64,000 bases of DNA from assembly GCA_051382295.1 (NCBI GenBank), contig JBBCAW010000023.1:1-64000 (forward strand), in the 5' to 3' direction. Position numbers and translations under genes: made by a program. Within the stretch, counting starts at the first letter, position 1; every line of letters begins with the position of its first letter. Origin of the DNA: Bdellovibrionota bacterium FG-1 (GTDB taxonomy: Bacteria; Bdellovibrionota; UBA1018). Positions 28,173-37,438 of this stretch are shown here, one piece after another. The notes beneath the pieces are model-generated. The model ran no database searches. It saw only the letters and a program-made list of their open reading frames with translations, and was not told the origin of the DNA.

Positions 28173-30071
28173 ATGTTGATTATGATTTCGCCTGCTCGAC
28201 AGCCCCGACCCGTCCGAATTTTAAGTGCCAACGTCGCCGAGCGCATTGCTGCGGGCGAAGTGATCGAACGCCCCGCGAGTGTGGTCAAGGAGATGGTTGA
28301 AAACTCCATTGATGCCGGTGCCACTGAAGTCTGTGTGGCACTCGAAGACGGTGGCAAATCCCTCATCGAAATCACGGATAACGGCTTTGGCATGAGTCCT
28401 GAGGATCTCGCCCTTTGCGTGGTTCGCCACGCCACAAGCAAACTTTCCACAATGGATGACCTGGAAAAGATCCACACCCTGGGCTTTCGAGGCGAGGCGC
28501 TCCCCAGCGTTGCCGCCGTTTCGGAACTCAGCATTCTTTCGCGCGCATTAGGTGCTAGCGCCGGCGCTGCCGCCTATGAACTCAAACTTCCGGCGGTCAA
28601 CGATCAAGAGCGATTTGAGGACCGACGTTTCGACCCCAACGCCGTCACGTTTGGGCATTTTCTAAACTCGCCGCATGGCACTCGCATTCAAGCGCGAGGA
28701 CTTTTTGCCCATATTCCCGCCCGACTCAAATTTTTGAAAGCCCAAGGAGCCGAGGTCGCCCAAGCCAGAGAGTGGATCGAACGGATCGCGCTGGCTCATC
28801 CGCACGTGGGCTTTCGCCTTCTTTCCGATCGTCGTCAAATTCTCAATCTCCGACCTCAAGACGAAAAAACCCGCGTTCGCGCGATCTTGGGTGATGGCGA
28901 GGATTACCCCATCCTGAGCGCCACCAATGATCTTGGCATTCCGAATAGTCATGGCGACGGCCAAGGTCTCCATGTCCGAATTCATTGGCTGCAAGGCCTC
29001 AGCTCTCCCCAGATGCGCCGTATGGTTCAAGTAGTCAACGGCCGCGCCGTGCGCGATCGGATGCTTCAACAGGCCCTCATGGCACCCTTTCGGCAAGCGC
29101 TGCTTCCTGGCCAATTTCCCGCAGTCGCGCTCTATGTCGATATCAATCCCGCATGGTTGGATGTCAACGTACATCCCACGAAAACCGAAATTCGCTTTCT
29201 CGAAAGCCGTAAAATATTTCATGCGGTGGACGAAACCATTCAGGCCCTCATCGCGCGCGAGGGTGCGCCGGCTTTTGCGTCAGGTCCAAGCAATCCTACG
29301 GTGCCTAGTACTCCATTTGCTTGGACGCGACCGACCGTTTCATCTTCAACCGATTGGAAAGCGGCCGAGTCTTACACCTCCCCCACCCCGGACTTCGCGA
29401 CCACCATCCTCGAGCAAGCGCCCTTACCCATCGAGACTCACGCCGTCGAGCAATCCGCAAACCCTCTTCGTTATGGAAGGCTCGCGGGCACGCTCTTTAA
29501 TACTTATCTTTTTTACGAAATCGGCAATGAATTGGCCATCGTGGACCAACATGCCGCGCACGAGCGAATTCGCTACGAACAACTCAAAGCCCGTGTTTTA
29601 AATCCGCCTGCAGGCGTACAAACGGCTTGTCAGGCTCTTTTGATTCCAGAAGCCGTGCACTTCGATACGGAGGGACGCTCGACGCTTGAGGCCCGCCTAG
29701 GCTGGCTGGATCAACTCGGTTTTGAAGCTGAAATTTTCGGAGAAAATACGGTCCTTTTTAGGGGAATTCCCGGAGAATGGGGAACCAGCGAGTTACGGCC
29801 TCGCCTCAAGAATCTGGTCGACCGAATTTTGTCGTATGATGGCCCTTCGACGGGGACGCTTCAAATGGATGAAAGCCTCTTTGAATCGCTGGCGAGCGAA
29901 GCCTGCCATTCTGCGATTCGGGCGGGGGATCGTCTTGAAATCGCCGAAGCTTCGGCGCTGGTGCATCAACTTTTTCAATGCGAACATCCGTGGAATTGTC
30001 CTCATGGTCGCCCCACGGTGGTCAAAGTGCCACGCGCACGTTTTGAAGAATGGTTTCTTAGAAGGGTGTAA
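28173..30071 (+). CDS. mutL: DNA mismatch repair protein MutL
   Basis: 'IAAGEVIERPASVVKE', 'GFRGEAL', 'DQHAAHER', 'CPHGRP'. Confidence 0.97.
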   Translation: MLIMISPARQPRPVRILSANVAERIAAGEVIERPASVVKEMVENSIDAGATEVCVALEDGGKSLIEITDNGFGMSPEDLALCVVRHATSKLSTMDDLEKIHTLGFRGEALPSVAAVSELSILSRALGASAGAAAYELKLPAVNDQERFEDRRFDPNAVTFGHFLNSPHGTRIQARGLFAHIPARLKFLKAQGAEVAQAREWIERIALAHPHVGFRLLSDRRQILNLRPQDEKTRVRAILGDGEDYPILSATNDLGIPNSHGDGQGLHVRIHWLQGLSSPQMRRMVQVVNGRAVRDRMLQQALMAPFRQALLPGQFPAVALYVDINPAWLDVNVHPTKTEIRFLESRKIFHAVDETIQALIAREGAPAFASGPSNPTVPSTPFAWTRPTVSSSTDWKAAESYTSPTPDFATTILEQAPLPIETHAVEQSANPLRYGRLAGTLFNTYLFYEIGNELAIVDQHAAHERIRYEQLKARVLNPPAGVQTACQALLIPEAVHFDTEGRSTLEARLGWLDQLGFEAEIFGENTVLFRGIPGEWGTSELRPRLKNLVDRILSYDGPSTGTLQMDESLFESLASEACHSAIRAGDRLEIAEASALVHQLFQCEHPWNCPHGRPTVVKVPRARFEEWFLRRV

Positions 30072-30095
30072 AAAGCATCAAGAAGGGTCTGAAAA

Positions 30096-31016
30096 GTGCT
30101 TGAATTTGGGCCAAAAATCACCGTCCTCACAGGACCCACGGCTGCAGGCAAGACGGCACTTGCGCTGGAAGCGGCCCGCGCCCAACCGGGAGTTTTTGAA
30201 ATCATCAATGCCGATAGCCTCATCGTCTACCGAGGTCTGGACATCGGTACGGCCAAACCTTCGCGCGCGGAGCTTGCCCAAATCCCCCACCACCTGATCG
30301 ACATCCGCGAACCTCATGAGCCCTTTACGGCGGGCGACTTTGTGCGTGCGGTAAACGCCACGCTGGCCGACATTCAGGCCCGGGGAAAACGTGCGCTCAT
30401 TGTCGGAGGGACGGGGTTTTATCTGAAAGCGCTTTTTTACGGCCTTTGGGAAGGCGCCGGCACGGACTTAAATTTACGTGGAAAACTCGAAGTTTTGTCG
30501 AATTCAGAACTTTTTTCAAAGGTGGCGCAGGTGGATCCATTGTCCGCCCAGCGCATTGGCCTCGCTGATCGCTATCGCCTCGTGCGCGCCCTCGAAGTGA
30601 TCGAGCTTTCGGGCAAAACACCTTCCGCACTCGAAAAAGAGCGCCCCATCGAACCCGACCCTCGCTTCGAGCTCTGGATTGTGGATCGCCCCCTCGCGCA
30701 GCTCGAAGCTCGCATTCGCCTGCGTGCCGACCAAATGATCAAGCAAGGCTTAATTGAGGAGGTGACTCGCCTGCGCACTCATTATGAGTCATTAGGGCTG
30801 CCGCTGCCTCGTGCGCTCAGTGCGGTTGGTTACAAAGAAGTCTGTGCTTATCTTGATGGAATCACCCCCGCCGGTCGAAAAATCGAGCACGGCATTCCAG
30901 GCTTGGTGAGCGAAATCAGCTTAGCCACTCGTCAGCTCGTCAAGCGGCAACGGACATGGTTTAAAAATCTGCACGCTCGTTTGGAGAAGGTGTCGCACTG
31001 GGTGGATTTGGGGTAG
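30096..31016 (+). CDS. miaA: tRNA dimethylallyltransferase
   Basis: 'GPTAAGKT', 'DIGTAKP', 'VGGTGFY', 'KRQRTWF'. Confidence 0.96.
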   Translation: MLEFGPKITVLTGPTAAGKTALALEAARAQPGVFEIINADSLIVYRGLDIGTAKPSRAELAQIPHHLIDIREPHEPFTAGDFVRAVNATLADIQARGKRALIVGGTGFYLKALFYGLWEGAGTDLNLRGKLEVLSNSELFSKVAQVDPLSAQRIGLADRYRLVRALEVIELSGKTPSALEKERPIEPDPRFELWIVDRPLAQLEARIRLRADQMIKQGLIEEVTRLRTHYESLGLPLPRALSAVGYKEVCAYLDGITPAGRKIEHGIPGLVSEISLATRQLVKRQRTWFKNLHARLEKVSHWVDLG

Positions 31017-31064
31017 ATTGTTAAGGTGATCAAGCTCTCCATTCAAGCAACCGAAAAGGTATTT

Positions 31065-31511
31065 ATGAAATGCTGTATCTTTTTTTCAATGGTGTTGTTG
31101 TTAGGCTCAGCAGGCTGTCATTCAGGCGAAATCCCCACAAGTCAAGCTGCCCCCGGCTTCCGTTACGAGGAGCTCAGCCAAACCGTACCACCTGAATTTT
31201 CAGATTCTGCCAAATGGAATCAAACTTCGATTTGCCCCGAAGGAAGCATCCTCTCACCTCTCACTCGTTACAGCTACGGCCCGAGCGAGAAAACCTACGG
31301 CTTCAAACATTACTACGGACGATCCTGCCAGCTCGTCAGTCAACACACGCTAGAAAGTTCAAAAGGGAACTCTTCCCAACTCCTCCCGAATGGTCCCTTT
31401 ATCTGGTGGTACGAAAACGGCAGTCGCATGAGCACCGGCACCTTTGATCATGGCGCGCTAGCCACCGACTGGTCCCGCTGGACGCCCGACGGATCGCTGG
31501 CGTCGAAGTAA
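31065..31511 (+). CDS. Putative lipoprotein with a MORN-variant-like C-terminal repeat
   Basis: Lipobox-like 'SAGC' and 'NGPFIWWYENG...G.F..G...W..W..DG'. Confidence 0.65.
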   Translation: MKCCIFFSMVLLLGSAGCHSGEIPTSQAAPGFRYEELSQTVPPEFSDSAKWNQTSICPEGSILSPLTRYSYGPSEKTYGFKHYYGRSCQLVSQHTLESSKGNSSQLLPNGPFIWWYENGSRMSTGTFDHGALATDWSRWTPDGSLASK

Positions 31512-31570
31512 TTCCACCATCGGATCCAGCACTGGACTGTAGGACCTCCTCCAGGGTAAAATCCTGATCT

Positions 31571-32551
31571 ATGCCCAAACCTGATCAAAAAGATTCTGGC
31601 CACCGACTCATCCTCGTTTCAGATGGTACGGGCGAAACCGCCGTGCAAATGACTAAGGCCGCCTTAGTGCAATTCTCTGAAGCCGAGCATGCGTATTTTG
31701 CCCGCTACAAAAACGTACGCAACGAGGCCCAAATCGAGGCGATCTGCGAGGACGCGAGCGTCAATCGCGATCTCATGATCTACACGATTGTGTCGCCTCA
31801 GCTTCGCGCCTTTTTACAAACCAAGGCGCGCGAAAAAAAAATTCCCTGCGTAGATCTTCTCGGACCTCTGCTGGTGGGCCTTGGAAGTTATTTTGGGTAC
31901 GCACCCAGGGCTGTGGCCGGCCTACTGCACAACGTCAACGAAGATTATTTCAAACGCATTGAAGCCATGGAATACACGATCCAACACGATGATGGTCGTG
32001 ACCTGACTGGCCTTGAAAAGGCGGATTTGGTGATTTTGGGAATCTCTCGCACCTCCAAGACGCCGCTTTCCATGTACCTCTCCCACCAAGGCTGGAAAGT
32101 TGCCAACATCCCTCTCATCTTGGGATTTGAGCCCCCGAAAGGGCTGCTCGCCATTGACCAAAAAAGGGTCATTGGGCTCACTATTGACCCTGAAAAACTA
32201 GCCGAAATCAGGCGAAATCGTTTAGAGCGCCTGGGCCAAGACCACGGTGGTGACTATGCCGACCAGGAGATGGTGACGCAAGAGATCGAATATGCTGATG
32301 ATTTCTTCAAACGTAATCGCCGCTGGCCAGTGTTTAATGTAACTGGAAAAGCACTTGAAGAGACCGCATCAGAAATCATTAAACTGATGGCCTCCCGACG
32401 TCTAGCCCCTCTTCATACTCATGAGGCGCGGCACCATGAGCCGCGGCCAGTATTAATGCGTAGCGCCGAGCTTGCACCGAAAATTCTCAAGGAAACGTCA
32501 AAACTCATTTTCCCCCCCTCTTCCGCATCAAAAAAATCGACACCCAAGTAA
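31571..32551 (+). CDS. PEP synthase/PPDK regulatory kinase-phosphotransferase (DUF299)
   Basis: 'VSDGTGETA', 'YFKRIEAMEY...HDDG', 'GISRTSKTP'. Confidence 0.93.
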   Translation: MPKPDQKDSGHRLILVSDGTGETAVQMTKAALVQFSEAEHAYFARYKNVRNEAQIEAICEDASVNRDLMIYTIVSPQLRAFLQTKAREKKIPCVDLLGPLLVGLGSYFGYAPRAVAGLLHNVNEDYFKRIEAMEYTIQHDDGRDLTGLEKADLVILGISRTSKTPLSMYLSHQGWKVANIPLILGFEPPKGLLAIDQKRVIGLTIDPEKLAEIRRNRLERLGQDHGGDYADQEMVTQEIEYADDFFKRNRRWPVFNVTGKALEETASEIIKLMASRRLAPLHTHEARHHEPRPVLMRSAELAPKILKETSKLIFPPSSASKKSTPK

Positions 32552-32574
32552 TTTAGGGGTACTAAGTTTTTTAT

Positions 32575-33513
32575 ATGGCACGTGGCAATAAAGTTTGGCT
32601 CAACGGTAAGATTCTTTCTACCGAGGAGGCTCGAATCAGCCTCTTCACCCATGCATTGCACTACGGTACGGGTGCTTTCGAGGGGATTCGCGCTTATCAG
32701 CAAAGCAAGGGCGGCGGGGCCATCTTTCGCCTCACCGAACATATGGAACGCCTGGTGGAGAGTACCAAGATTTTAAACCTCAAACTTGCTTACTCCACAG
32801 AAGACCTCTGCAAAGCGGCTGTAGCGACCTGCAAAGCCAACGGGTTTAATGAATGCTATATTCGCCCCTTGGTTTATATCGGGGACAATCCGTCCTTGGG
32901 AGTAAATCCAGGATCTGACCCTGTGGTCGACGTTGCCATTCTCAACTGGGAATGGGGTAAATACCTAGGAGACAAGGGTGCGTCCGAAGGCGCTCGTCTG
33001 CGCGTTTCAAGTTTTATTCGCCCTCATGTCAACTCGGCCATGACCAAGGGAAAAATCACCGGTCAGTACGTGAATGGCGTTTTAGCTAAGCGCGAGGCCA
33101 TCGAAGCCGGATGCGACGAAGCCCTATTGCTCGATCCAGAAGGATTTTTAGCTGAAGGAACCGGCGAAAACCTGTTCATGATCAAAAACGGAGTGGTGAA
33201 AACCACGCCCCTGACCTCCATTCTCAGCGGGATCACTCGTCAGACGGTGCTTGAGTATTTTGAAAACCAAAAAATCAAAATCGACGCCACCCGTTTTACC
33301 CGCGATGAGCTTTGGTGCGCGGATGAGATTTTCCTCACGGGCACAGCGGCAGAAATTACGCCCGTGCGCGAAGTCGATGGACGTCTCATTGGCAAGGGCG
33401 CCAATGCTGGCAAACCAGGCCCGATCACCTCGAAACTTCAAAAAGACTATACGGCAATGGTTCACGGAGATCTTCCAGCTTACGGCAAAAACTGGCTTAC
33501 TCCGATCGTTTAA
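32575..33513 (+). CDS. ilvE: Branched-chain amino acid aminotransferase
   Basis: 'HALHYG..FEGIR', 'KITGQY', 'EGTGENLF', 'GTAAEITP'. Confidence 0.95.
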   Translation: MARGNKVWLNGKILSTEEARISLFTHALHYGTGAFEGIRAYQQSKGGGAIFRLTEHMERLVESTKILNLKLAYSTEDLCKAAVATCKANGFNECYIRPLVYIGDNPSLGVNPGSDPVVDVAILNWEWGKYLGDKGASEGARLRVSSFIRPHVNSAMTKGKITGQYVNGVLAKREAIEAGCDEALLLDPEGFLAEGTGENLFMIKNGVVKTTPLTSILSGITRQTVLEYFENQKIKIDATRFTRDELWCADEIFLTGTAAEITPVREVDGRLIGKGANAGKPGPITSKLQKDYTAMVHGDLPAYGKNWLTPIV

Positions 33514-33517
33514 AATC

Positions 33518-33820
33518 GTGCTCATTGGCGTGGGACGTATCGTCCTGGATTTTTACAACAATACCGATCCGGCCCTCAAACATCGGCAGCTCGATGAACT
33601 TTGCATGGATTTGCGAAAAAAATTCAATATTTCCGCGCTTGAAGTGGCCGACTTTGACGACCGTGAACGCTGTGTGATTGGCTTTGCGGCCGTTATTCCG
33701 GAAAACTGGAAAGCCCAAAGCGCCCAAAGCTTGGTCGACAAGATTTGTGAAATGATCGACAAAACCGCCTTTGCTCGAGTCATGGTTGAAGACTGCGATC
33801 TCCTGAGTCACGGAAATTAG
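33518..33820 (+). CDS. DUF503 (YlxP-like) protein
   Basis: GTG start after the ilvE stop. 'MLIGV.RI.L...K.R.L..L...LRKKFNIS..EV...D.....IG'. Confidence 0.7.
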   Translation: MLIGVGRIVLDFYNNTDPALKHRQLDELCMDLRKKFNISALEVADFDDRERCVIGFAAVIPENWKAQSAQSLVDKICEMIDKTAFARVMVEDCDLLSHGN

Positions 33821-33835
33821 GTTTGGCGCACTTCG

Positions 33836-34609
33836 ATGTCTCGCTTTGATGCTGAGTTTTACAGTCGGTATAGGCCTTACTATCCCACGGCACTCTTTGA
33901 CCCGCTGAAAGAGGCACTGGCCACTACTGGTAGGGTGAAGCCGTATGCAATTGCGGACATCGGCTGCGGCACGGGCCACTCGACGGCTTCGCTTTTAGCG
34001 AGCGGCATTCAGGCCCACCTCACCGGTGTAGATCCCGACCCTGCGATGCTCGCCAAGGCCCGCGAAATCTGTCCTCAGGCCTCATATCGGGTGGGCTCGG
34101 CGGAGCACACGGGACTGCCGGATGCGGTTTTTAACGCCATTACCGTGGGCTCGGCTTTTCATTGGATGAATGCGTCCCAGGCGCGCGAAGAGTTTTTGCG
34201 AATTCTGCACCCGGGGGGACTGATCCTGATTTACGAGTATCAGTTTCCGAAGGCGCTTGCGCTACCCGAACTCAATGAGTGGATCAGACGCGAATTCAAT
34301 CTCCGATGGAAAGCGCCTGGGCAAAAACCTCGCGGAAATTTCGCCGAGGTGACTGCGTGTTTTCGCACAGACCCGGCGTTTGAGCTTCTGAATGAGGAAA
34401 AAGTGCCGATGGTCTTGCCGTTAAATGACCGGGAAATGACAGGGTTAATTTTATCTCAATCGAGGGTGTTACATTACGAAAACCAGCTCACCTCCGAGGA
34501 AGTACTGGCGTTTCGCGCCCAGGTTTTAGGGCAGATGGCGCGGTTCATGGGGGAACAGCGGGTGAAATTTGATTTTAGTCTGCAAGGGAGTTTGTTTGGG
34601 GTGAAGTAA
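33836..34609 (+). CDS. Class I SAM-dependent methyltransferase
   Basis: 'YRPYYP', 'ADIGCGTG', 'SAFHW', 'RILHPGG'. Confidence 0.9.
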   Translation: MSRFDAEFYSRYRPYYPTALFDPLKEALATTGRVKPYAIADIGCGTGHSTASLLASGIQAHLTGVDPDPAMLAKAREICPQASYRVGSAEHTGLPDAVFNAITVGSAFHWMNASQAREEFLRILHPGGLILIYEYQFPKALALPELNEWIRREFNLRWKAPGQKPRGNFAEVTACFRTDPAFELLNEEKVPMVLPLNDREMTGLILSQSRVLHYENQLTSEEVLAFRAQVLGQMARFMGEQRVKFDFSLQGSLFGVK

Positions 34610-34617
34610 AGATCAAC

Positions 34618-34700
34618 AACACCGACGTCGGTGTTCATTCTTTGAGTCAATGGGCCCCGGTGGGATTTACTGCCGCGCACAGGCAGTTGGTGCAACTCAC
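34618..34700 (-). repeat. CTGCC-N7-GGCAG family element in reverse orientation, with perfect 18-bp palindrome
   Basis: AACACCGACGTCGGTGTT (34618-34635), then GGGATTTACTGCCGCGCACAGGCAGTTGGTGCAACTCAC. Confidence 0.85.
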
Positions 34701-34749
34701 TCCGCTGACACCGACGAGAGCCCTTTTCATCGAATCGAAACTTTTCAAC

Positions 34750-34866
34750 TGTCTAGACATTCGACAAAAAACCATGTGCCACACTGGACACACCCGTGAA
34801 GGATAACTATTCGAAATGAAAGATGAAAGATGAAAGATGAAAGATGAAAACGGCACGCCTGCTGCA
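34750..34866 (+). promoter_or_regulatory. Sigma-54 promoter with two upstream palindromic boxes
   Basis: TGTC-N9-GACA at 34750-34766, TGT-N12-ACA at 34775-34792, CGGCAC-GCCTG-CTGCA (GG-N10-GC, 34852-34865). Confidence 0.7.
34816..34849 (+). repeat. Heptamer tandem repeat (ATGAAAG) x ~5
   Basis: Four perfect ATGAAAG units plus ATGAAA. Confidence 0.95.
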
Positions 34867-34912
34867 ATATCTCTTTGTGTAACGAAACTTAAAATTAAAG
34901 GAGAGAAGTTTT

Positions 34913-35542
34913 ATGAAGTCCAACAAACTGTTTTCTATTTTGGGTGTAGCTGTCCTCGCAAGCCTCGTCACGCAGTCGGCGTATGCAAAAGAACCGTCGT
35001 GTTTGCCGTTTTATGCGGCAAGGGCGAGGGGCTCCAACCCAGGCTTTGCCGGAGCCGCCTTCGTCCCGGCAAGCTTGGGAGGATGGGTGGCTGGTGTATT
35101 TGCCGGTGGCCCAGCAGCGTTTGGTGCCTTGACCCTGATAGGTGCGGCAGTCGCGACCCCTATCCTGATTTCCGAAACGATTCGAAAAAACGAAGCTTCT
35201 GAAATGGGATGGATGATCTATGAGTCTTATTTGGGTGGTGGCAAACACCTGGCGAAACTCTTTGACAAAATTAAAGGCGATGTTCCTACTCTAATTTATG
35301 CGCAACTGGCGCATCTTTTTAAGGTCGCGGATCAAACGCAATATTTCTGCAATGTAAAACCCTACTCTTTCAATGACCTAAAAAAATCGATTCGCAAAGG
35401 AACTTTTCAGCGGGATGTCAGCGCCATTGAACAGACCACTCAACCTAAGCCAGCAGTGGTGGCTGCACAGATCAAGGTATTGAACGAAGTCCAACCCGGT
35501 TTGACTCCGATCCAAACTACGACCGCAGTGGCTGCAAAATAA
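34913..35542 (+). CDS. Secreted hypothetical protein with a Gly/Ala-rich hydrophobic segment
   Basis: AAGGAG SD, signal peptide ending 'AYA', glycine-zipper-like 'GGWVAGVFAGGPAAFGALTLIGAAV'. Confidence 0.8.
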   Translation: MKSNKLFSILGVAVLASLVTQSAYAKEPSCLPFYAARARGSNPGFAGAAFVPASLGGWVAGVFAGGPAAFGALTLIGAAVATPILISETIRKNEASEMGWMIYESYLGGGKHLAKLFDKIKGDVPTLIYAQLAHLFKVADQTQYFCNVKPYSFNDLKKSIRKGTFQRDVSAIEQTTQPKPAVVAAQIKVLNEVQPGLTPIQTTTAVAAK

Positions 35543-35561
35543 ATAGAGTCTATGTCAGACA

Positions 35562-35590
35562 GCGGGGAGACCGGATACTCCCCGCGTTTT
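35562..35590 (+). terminator. Intrinsic terminator
   Basis: GCGGGGAG-N8-CTCCCCGC followed by GTTTT, between convergent genes. Confidence 0.7.
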
Positions 35591-35591
35591 A

Positions 35592-36224
35592 CTACCAATC
35601 CTCATCAGGCTTATACTCAAGGCGAGCAGTGCCGTACCGACCCATCAGATCATTTACAATAAAAGCATAAACATCCGGGAACCGATCACTTCTAGCGTCC
35701 ATCGAATGGAGATCAAAGATATCATCCGCAGTATTCAAAACCTCCTGAAAATCGACCAACTTTTGATCAAGAGCCGCAATGACATCCTGTTTATCCCTTT
35801 TGCGAGGTGTATTTGAAAACGCTGAAAATAGCTTTGAAGCAATCACATCTCTGGGGGCAAGATATTGAACCGAAAGACAAGCGTAATCAGGGCCAAACGA
35901 AATCCACTGAGGTGACCGAGGAAGAAAGACAAAAGCAGGTGCCACAAATTGGAGATAGTAACCATTAATCAGGATCTTTTCACTGCCAAATTCGGCCAGC
36001 AAATTCTCAACTATTTTTTTATTATCCGCAGGCTTATGCTTACCTTGAACCACAAGTGAGTCAATATCGGCAGTGCCCACCGTGTCAGTCATTCCGCCAA
36101 TCAAAAGTGCGCTTTTTCCAATTATCTTGAGTTCAAATTTTGTTTTGACCAGCAAAGATCCAAATTTTTCAGTGAGATGCTCATTCATCCTACCAAGGAA
36201 GCCCACTATTTCATTTTTTTGCAT
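35592..36224 (-). CDS. DUF6036-like nucleotidyltransferase, putative toxin
   Basis: 'IIGKSALL...GTADID', 'DVIASKL...RDKQD'. Overlaps the upstream HTH gene. Confidence 0.7.
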   Translation of the reverse strand: MQKNEIVGFLGRMNEHLTEKFGSLLVKTKFELKIIGKSALLIGGMTDTVGTADIDSLVVQGKHKPADNKKIVENLLAEFGSEKILINGYYLQFVAPAFVFLPRSPQWISFGPDYACLSVQYLAPRDVIASKLFSAFSNTPRKRDKQDVIAALDQKLVDFQEVLNTADDIFDLHSMDARSDRFPDVYAFIVNDLMGRYGTARLEYKPDEDW

Positions 36225-36912
36225 TCAGACACTCCTGAACAAAATTGGCGATATCAAAAACATCAGATGCCAGCGATTGTTCATTCTCAATAAGTTCATG
36301 CACCCCATAAACTTCCTGCGCGATAGAAATAAGGTTTCGAAGTTGCCATTTTGCCCTCGTAAAGTGATACTTTTCATTTCTTCCCTCTAGTTGGGCAATT
36401 ACCCTAATACATAATGTGGATTGATCTACGACTTTTTTTATAAGAAATGGATTATTTCCAATCATCGCAAAAATTCGGTCCACATTAATTTCCGTGTGCG
36501 CTGCTTGAAAAATAAGGGCGGTACAAAACCCCTTATGAAGCCTATCGTCTCCAATAAATCCAAGCGATTGAGCAAATACTTCTTCAAAAGAAATCGCCTT
36601 AAGCACAATCCCGGCTGGCTTACTCAGAAGCACAGCACCAAATCTCACCAAATGCCCAATGAGCTCTTTAACTCCGGACGTCTCTTCCTCCTCACTCAAT
36701 CCGCGAAAAAAATCAGTAATCGGGACATTCAGCCTTTTAGAAAGGATCGCGATATTACCTCCAGAAAGCACGCCCTTACAATTTTCAATATAAGAAATCT
36801 TAGCCTGAGAAACCCCCAATATTTTTGCGAGGTCCACAGTCGTAAGGCCCTTACTTTTTCTAATGGACTTCAAATTCTGACTCAGAATTTTTTCATAAGG
36901 ATGACTAGCCAT
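36211..36912 (-). CDS. XRE-family HTH protein with C-terminal extension, putative antitoxin
   Basis: 'LKSIRKSKGLTTVDLAKILGVSQAKISYIEN'. ATG 36912 preferred as start. Confidence 0.8.
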   Translation of the reverse strand: MASHPYEKILSQNLKSIRKSKGLTTVDLAKILGVSQAKISYIENCKGVLSGGNIAILSKRLNVPITDFFRGLSEEEETSGVKELIGHLVRFGAVLLSKPAGIVLKAISFEEVFAQSLGFIGDDRLHKGFCTALIFQAAHTEINVDRIFAMIGNNPFLIKKVVDQSTLCIRVIAQLEGRNEKYHFTRAKWQLRNLISIAQEVYGVHELIENEQSLASDVFDIANFVQECLNAKK

Positions 36913-36938
36913 TTTTAAATTATACAATAATCGATCAT

Positions 36939-36958
36939 ATTATACAATATTGCATAAT
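36939..36958. promoter_or_regulatory. Near-perfect 20-bp palindrome upstream of the XRE gene (putative operator)
   Basis: ATTATACAATATTGCATAAT. The half-site ATTATACAATA is repeated at ~36919. Confidence 0.6.
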
Positions 36959-37024
36959 TATTCGCTATCTATCTAATTTAACAACATATTTCAGCATGCA
37001 AATTCATACTATTTATTTTTTCCG

Positions 37025-37119
37025 ACGCTATTGCGCAGGCCTCTCAACCTAAGCCGGCACTGGTCGCTTCACAGTTTGACTTCGACCCAAACTACGACCA
37101 CAGTGACCGCGAAATAAAT
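37025..37119 (+). repeat. Diverged duplicate of the 3' end of gene 34913..35542
   Basis: CTCAACCTAAGCC.GCA.TGGT.GCT.CACAG and GTTTGACT.CGA.CCAAACTACGACC.CAGTG.C.GC.AAATAAAT match 35439-35544, with an internal ~30 bp deletion. Confidence 0.9.
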
Positions 37120-37302
37120 TTTTTGCCATCGCTCACTCCCTTGGGAATGCTCATTCCCGTCACAGTCTTCATATCCCTCTCCGGCGGGTGAAAAGACTAA
37201 CTTAACGCAGCGTCAAGTTTCGATCTTAATCTGAGGTTAAGATTTTTCCAAATAATATCAATCTCCTCAGGCGATGCCAGGAGTCCCCAGCCAATTTCAA
37301 AA

Positions 37303-37417
37303 TCGGTGTTCGTTCTCTGAGTCAACGGGATTTACTGCCGCTAGACGGCAGCTCGAGACGCTGACCCGGGAGTGAACGAGGTTTACTGCCGCGCCCAGGC
37401 AGTTGGTGCAACTCACG
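37303..37417 (-). repeat. CTGCC-N7-GGCAG family element, two units 51 bp apart
   Basis: CTGCCGCTAGACGGCAG at 37335 and CTGCCGCGCCCAGGCAG at 37386. Flanks match the reverse complement of 21000-21100 and match 34660-34700. Confidence 0.9.
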
Positions 37418-37438
37418 CCGAAGACGATCTCTAAACCC

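Noticed and set aside
33251..33517. Extended start of the 189-aa ORF
   Set aside because: Overlaps ilvE out of frame. DUF503 similarity begins at GTG 33518.
37120..37300. Riboswitch or ncRNA in the hairpin-rich gap
   Set aside because: No recognisable consensus such as c-di-GMP-I GGCAAA...GACGCAAA. Better explained as gene debris.
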